From assembly GCA_025050535.1 (NCBI GenBank), contig JALBVF010000002.1, positions 1 through 24,000 on the forward strand: a stretch of 24,000 nt of DNA, read 5' to 3'. The notes beneath the pieces are model-generated. The model ran no database searches. It saw only the letters and a program-made list of their open reading frames with translations, and was not told the DNA's origin. Origin of the DNA: Candidatus Protistibacter heckmannii (GTDB lineage Bacteria > Pseudomonadota > Gammaproteobacteria > Burkholderiales > Burkholderiaceae). This document shows, in pieces, positions 21,209 through 24,000 of this stretch; the stretch's first letter is position 1; each line of letters starts with the position of its first letter. The position numbers and the translations under genes were made by a program.

Positions 21209-23434
21209 GTGAAACCTAATGTCGGCGGGCCAAGAATTTCACGGGTAGCGTTGGATACGCCGCTGCGCTCGCTGTTCGACTATCTGACGATTCCCGGCGC
21301 CGAGCCGGGCCGGCTGGTGAGCGTGGAGTTCGGCCACCGGCAGATGGTGGGCGTGGTCGTGGAGCTGGCGCAGGAGAGCGAGCACCCGGCCGAATCACTC
21401 AAACCGGTGCTGGCCGTGTTCGACACGCTGCCGCCGCTCTCGCCCGAGTGGCTGGCCTTATGCAAATTTGCAGGTCACTACTATATGCGCGGCCCCGGCG
21501 AGGTGATGCTACCCGCGCTGCCCTCCAAGCTGCGCGTGACCAAGGGCTGGGAGCGGCTCGCCAAGGCGATGGCCAAGCCCTTGCTCGAGAAGAAGCCGCA
21601 CGCCGCCAAGAAGGCCGCTGCGAAGACCCCGGCGCGGAAAACGGCTGCCGTGGCGCCCGTGGACCCGGCCGTGATGGAAGCTGCTCCGGCAGGCGGCTTG
21701 CCGGCGGATGCCCTGCCGACCGACGCTCTGTTGGCCGACGCACCGGCGGAAGACGTCCTTCGCACCGAAGCGCCCCGGCTGCTTCCCGGCCAGCGCGCCG
21801 CCGCCGCCGCCCTGGCCGAGGCCGCGCAGCGCGGCGGCTTCGCGCCTTTCCTGCTCTACGGCGTGACCGGCAGCGGCAAGACCGAGGTCTACCTCGACCT
21901 GGTCGCGCGCATCCTCGCCACGCCGCCCACCGGCCTGGACGCGCCGGCGTCGCAAGTGCTGCTCCTGGTCCCGGAAATCAATCTCACGCCGCAGCTCGAG
22001 GCCGGCCTGCGCGGCCGCTTCGCCAGCACGCCCATCGCCGTGATGCACAGCGGATTAGCCGAAGGCGAGCGCACGCGCAACTGGCTTGCCGCCCACCTGG
22101 GCCAGGCGCGCATCGTCGTCGGCACGCGGCTCGCGGTGCTGGCCTCGCTGCCGGGGCTGCGCGCCATCATCGTCGACGAAGAGCACGACCCCTCCTACAA
22201 GCAGCAGGAAGGCCTGCGCTATTCGGCGCGCGACCTCGCAGTCTGGCGCGCCCGCGAGCTGGGCATTCCGGTCGTGCTGGGCTCGGCCACGCCCTCGCTG
22301 GAATCCTGGGCGCGCAGCGAAACCCATTACACGCGCCTGGAGCTTGCCGAGCGCGCCCAGCCCGAGGCGCGGCTGCCGGCGGTCAAGCTGATCGACAAGG
22401 AGGCCGAGCGCAAGAACGGCCGCGCCTCCGCAGACGGCATCAGCCAGCCGCTGCGCGAAGCCATCGCCGAGCGGCTGCGGCGCGGCGAGCAAAGCCTGCT
22501 CTATCTGAACCGGCGCGGCTATGCGCCCGTGCTCAATTGTGACGCCTGCGGCTGGCTCTCCAACTGCACGCGCTGCTCCGCGCATCTGGTCATGCACCGC
22601 CAGGGCGGCGCCAACCGGCTGCGCTGCCACCATTGCGGTCTGGAAGCGCGCGTGCCGCAGCGCTGCCCGGACTGCGGCAACGCGGATCTCGCACCCCTGG
22701 GCCGCGGCACCCAGCGCGTCGAGGAAATGCTGGCCGAGCTGTTCCCGCAGGCGCGCGTGGCGCGCATCGACGCCGACGCCACGCGCCTCAAGGGCAGCGC
22801 CCAGGCGCTGTTCGACGAGGTGCACGCGGGCAAGGTGGACATCCTGATCGGCACACAGATGATCGCCAAAGGCCACGACTTCCAGCACGTGACCCTGGTG
22901 GGCATCCTCAATCCAGACACCGCCCTGGTGTCCCAGGACTACCGCGCCAGCGAGCGGCTCTTCGCGCTGCTGATGCAAGTGGCGGGGCGCGCCGGGCGCG
23001 CCGGCATGCCGGGCGAGGTGCTGGTGCAGACGCGCTATCCGCGCTCGCCCGTCTACCAGGCGCTGCGCTCGCACGACTACCCCGGCCACGCGCGCAGTCT
23101 GCTCGACGAACGCCGCTCGGCGGGCCTGCCGCCGTTCAGCTTCCAAGCGCTGCTGACGGTGGAGGCGCGCGATCTCGCCGGCTGCATGGCCTTTCTGCGC
23201 GTGGCGCGGGAGGCGGCGGAAACGCTGGAGGACTGCGCCGAGGGGTGGGTGGTGCTGTTTGATCCCGTGCCGCGGGCGATGGTGCGCGTGGCCAACCGCG
23301 ACCGGGCGCAACTGCTGGTGGAATCGGGTTCGCGCGCCGCACTGCAGCGCATGCTCGATGCGTGGATGCCGCTGATGCAGGAGATCCGGCCGCGCGTATC
23401 CTGGCAGATTGAGCGCGACCCGGCTTCGGTGTAA
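21209..23434 (+). CDS. priA: Primosomal replication-restart helicase PriA
   Basis: RVALDTPLRSLFDYL N-terminus, GVTGSGKTEVY Walker A, VDEEHD, Cys-rich zinc region CDACGW..CTRC..CHHCG..CPDCG. GTG at 21209 is proposed as the start (the ORF track begins at 21149), so the start is uncertain. Confidence 0.9.
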   Translation: MKPNVGGPRISRVALDTPLRSLFDYLTIPGAEPGRLVSVEFGHRQMVGVVVELAQESEHPAESLKPVLAVFDTLPPLSPEWLALCKFAGHYYMRGPGEVMLPALPSKLRVTKGWERLAKAMAKPLLEKKPHAAKKAAAKTPARKTAAVAPVDPAVMEAAPAGGLPADALPTDALLADAPAEDVLRTEAPRLLPGQRAAAAALAEAAQRGGFAPFLLYGVTGSGKTEVYLDLVARILATPPTGLDAPASQVLLLVPEINLTPQLEAGLRGRFASTPIAVMHSGLAEGERTRNWLAAHLGQARIVVGTRLAVLASLPGLRAIIVDEEHDPSYKQQEGLRYSARDLAVWRARELGIPVVLGSATPSLESWARSETHYTRLELAERAQPEARLPAVKLIDKEAERKNGRASADGISQPLREAIAERLRRGEQSLLYLNRRGYAPVLNCDACGWLSNCTRCSAHLVMHRQGGANRLRCHHCGLEARVPQRCPDCGNADLAPLGRGTQRVEEMLAELFPQARVARIDADATRLKGSAQALFDEVHAGKVDILIGTQMIAKGHDFQHVTLVGILNPDTALVSQDYRASERLFALLMQVAGRAGRAGMPGEVLVQTRYPRSPVYQALRSHDYPGHARSLLDERRSAGLPPFSFQALLTVEARDLAGCMAFLRVAREAAETLEDCAEGWVVLFDPVPRAMVRVANRDRAQLLVESGSRAALQRMLDAWMPLMQEIRPRVSWQIERDPASV

Positions 23435-23499
23435 TGCGGCGGCGGATCCCGCCAGCCGGATTGCAGAGGCTGCTTCAGCCGACACGGCGCTGCCGCCGT

Positions 23500-23814
23500 T
23501 CAGTCGACCTTGAGACGCTCGACGATCTTCCCGTTAACCAGATGGCTCTCGACGATCTCGTCGATGTCGCTGTTGTCCACATAGGTGTACCAGACGGCTT
23601 CCGGATACACGACCAGAACGGGTCCCTGCTCGCAGCGGTCAAGACAGCCCGCCTTGTTGACGCGGACCTTGCCCGCGCCGGAGAGGCCCATGCCGTGGAC
23701 CTTGACCTTGGCATGCTCGAAGGCCGCGGTGGGGCCGGCGTCGTTGCAGCATTGCCGGCCGCCATCGCGTTGATTCAGGCAGAAGAAGACATGGTGTTTG
23801 AAATGGCTGGGCAT
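23500..23814 (-). CDS. Thioredoxin-like [2Fe-2S] ferredoxin family protein
   Basis: 104 aa, HHVFFCLNQRDGGRQCC....GCLDRCEQGPVLVVYPEAVWY pattern of the (2Fe-2S) ferredoxin domain. Convergent with priA. Confidence 0.8.
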   Translation of the reverse strand: MPSHFKHHVFFCLNQRDGGRQCCNDAGPTAAFEHAKVKVHGMGLSGAGKVRVNKAGCLDRCEQGPVLVVYPEAVWYTYVDNSDIDEIVESHLVNGKIVERLKVD

Positions 23815-23876
23815 GCGTGGAATTGTAATGCATCGGCGCCGCCTCGCCGTTCCCGCGCCCTGCCCAGACTTTCCAC

Positions 23877-24000
23877 TCAGTAGACCAGCGTGGGCGCCAC
23901 GTTGGGCTGCGCGCCCAAATCGCTTTGCGCGCCTGCCGCGGGTGCGGGCGCGGGCGCAAACAAGCCCGATCTCCTGACCACTTCGTCAAAATCCGCTGCG
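23877..24000 (-). CDS. 3' end of an unidentified gene (partial; the rest lies outside the window)
   Basis: The minus-strand frame reads ..AADFDEVVRRSGLFAPAPAPAAGAQSDLGAQPNVAPTLVY* with about 75% GC3 and stop TGA (complement of 23877-23879). Too short to classify. Confidence 0.3.
   Translation of the reverse strand, partial: AADFDEVVRRSGLFAPAPAPAAGAQSDLGAQPNVAPTLVY

Overview
GC-rich (roughly 63-66% by eye) bacterial chromosome segment. It has the origin-proximal core synteny typical of Betaproteobacteria/Burkholderiales: mnmG(gidA)-rsmG(gidB)-parA-parB-atpIBEFHAGDC, then hemE, priA and a convergent thioredoxin-like [2Fe-2S] ferredoxin. All of these read as intact genes. The Burkholderiales assignment is an inference from gene order and from remembered similarity of the AtpE sequence; it was not searched. 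Two canonical parS sites flank or enter mnmG. The left 6.3 kb is different. It holds the 3' end of an IS630-family transposase and a five-function Liv-type ABC importer (binding protein, LivH-like permease, fused LivM-LivG, LivF) carrying 12 disabling lesions (8 frameshifts, 4 premature stops). It also holds a divergent gene of unknown function with two in-frame stops. The oddest element is a 1.1 kb orphan fragment of a type III secretion/flagellar export-gate gene (SctV/FlhA, FHIPEP family). It lies antisense between the atpC terminator and the hemE promoter, is truncated at both ends, and has ATCGAT at both junctions. I see no CRISPR array, tRNA, rRNA, defence-island architecture or coherent multi-gene accessory module. 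In my reading the window does not contain a convincing novel biological system. The points worth following up are local gene decay next to an IS, the orphan FHIPEP fragment, and one unclassifiable decayed gene.
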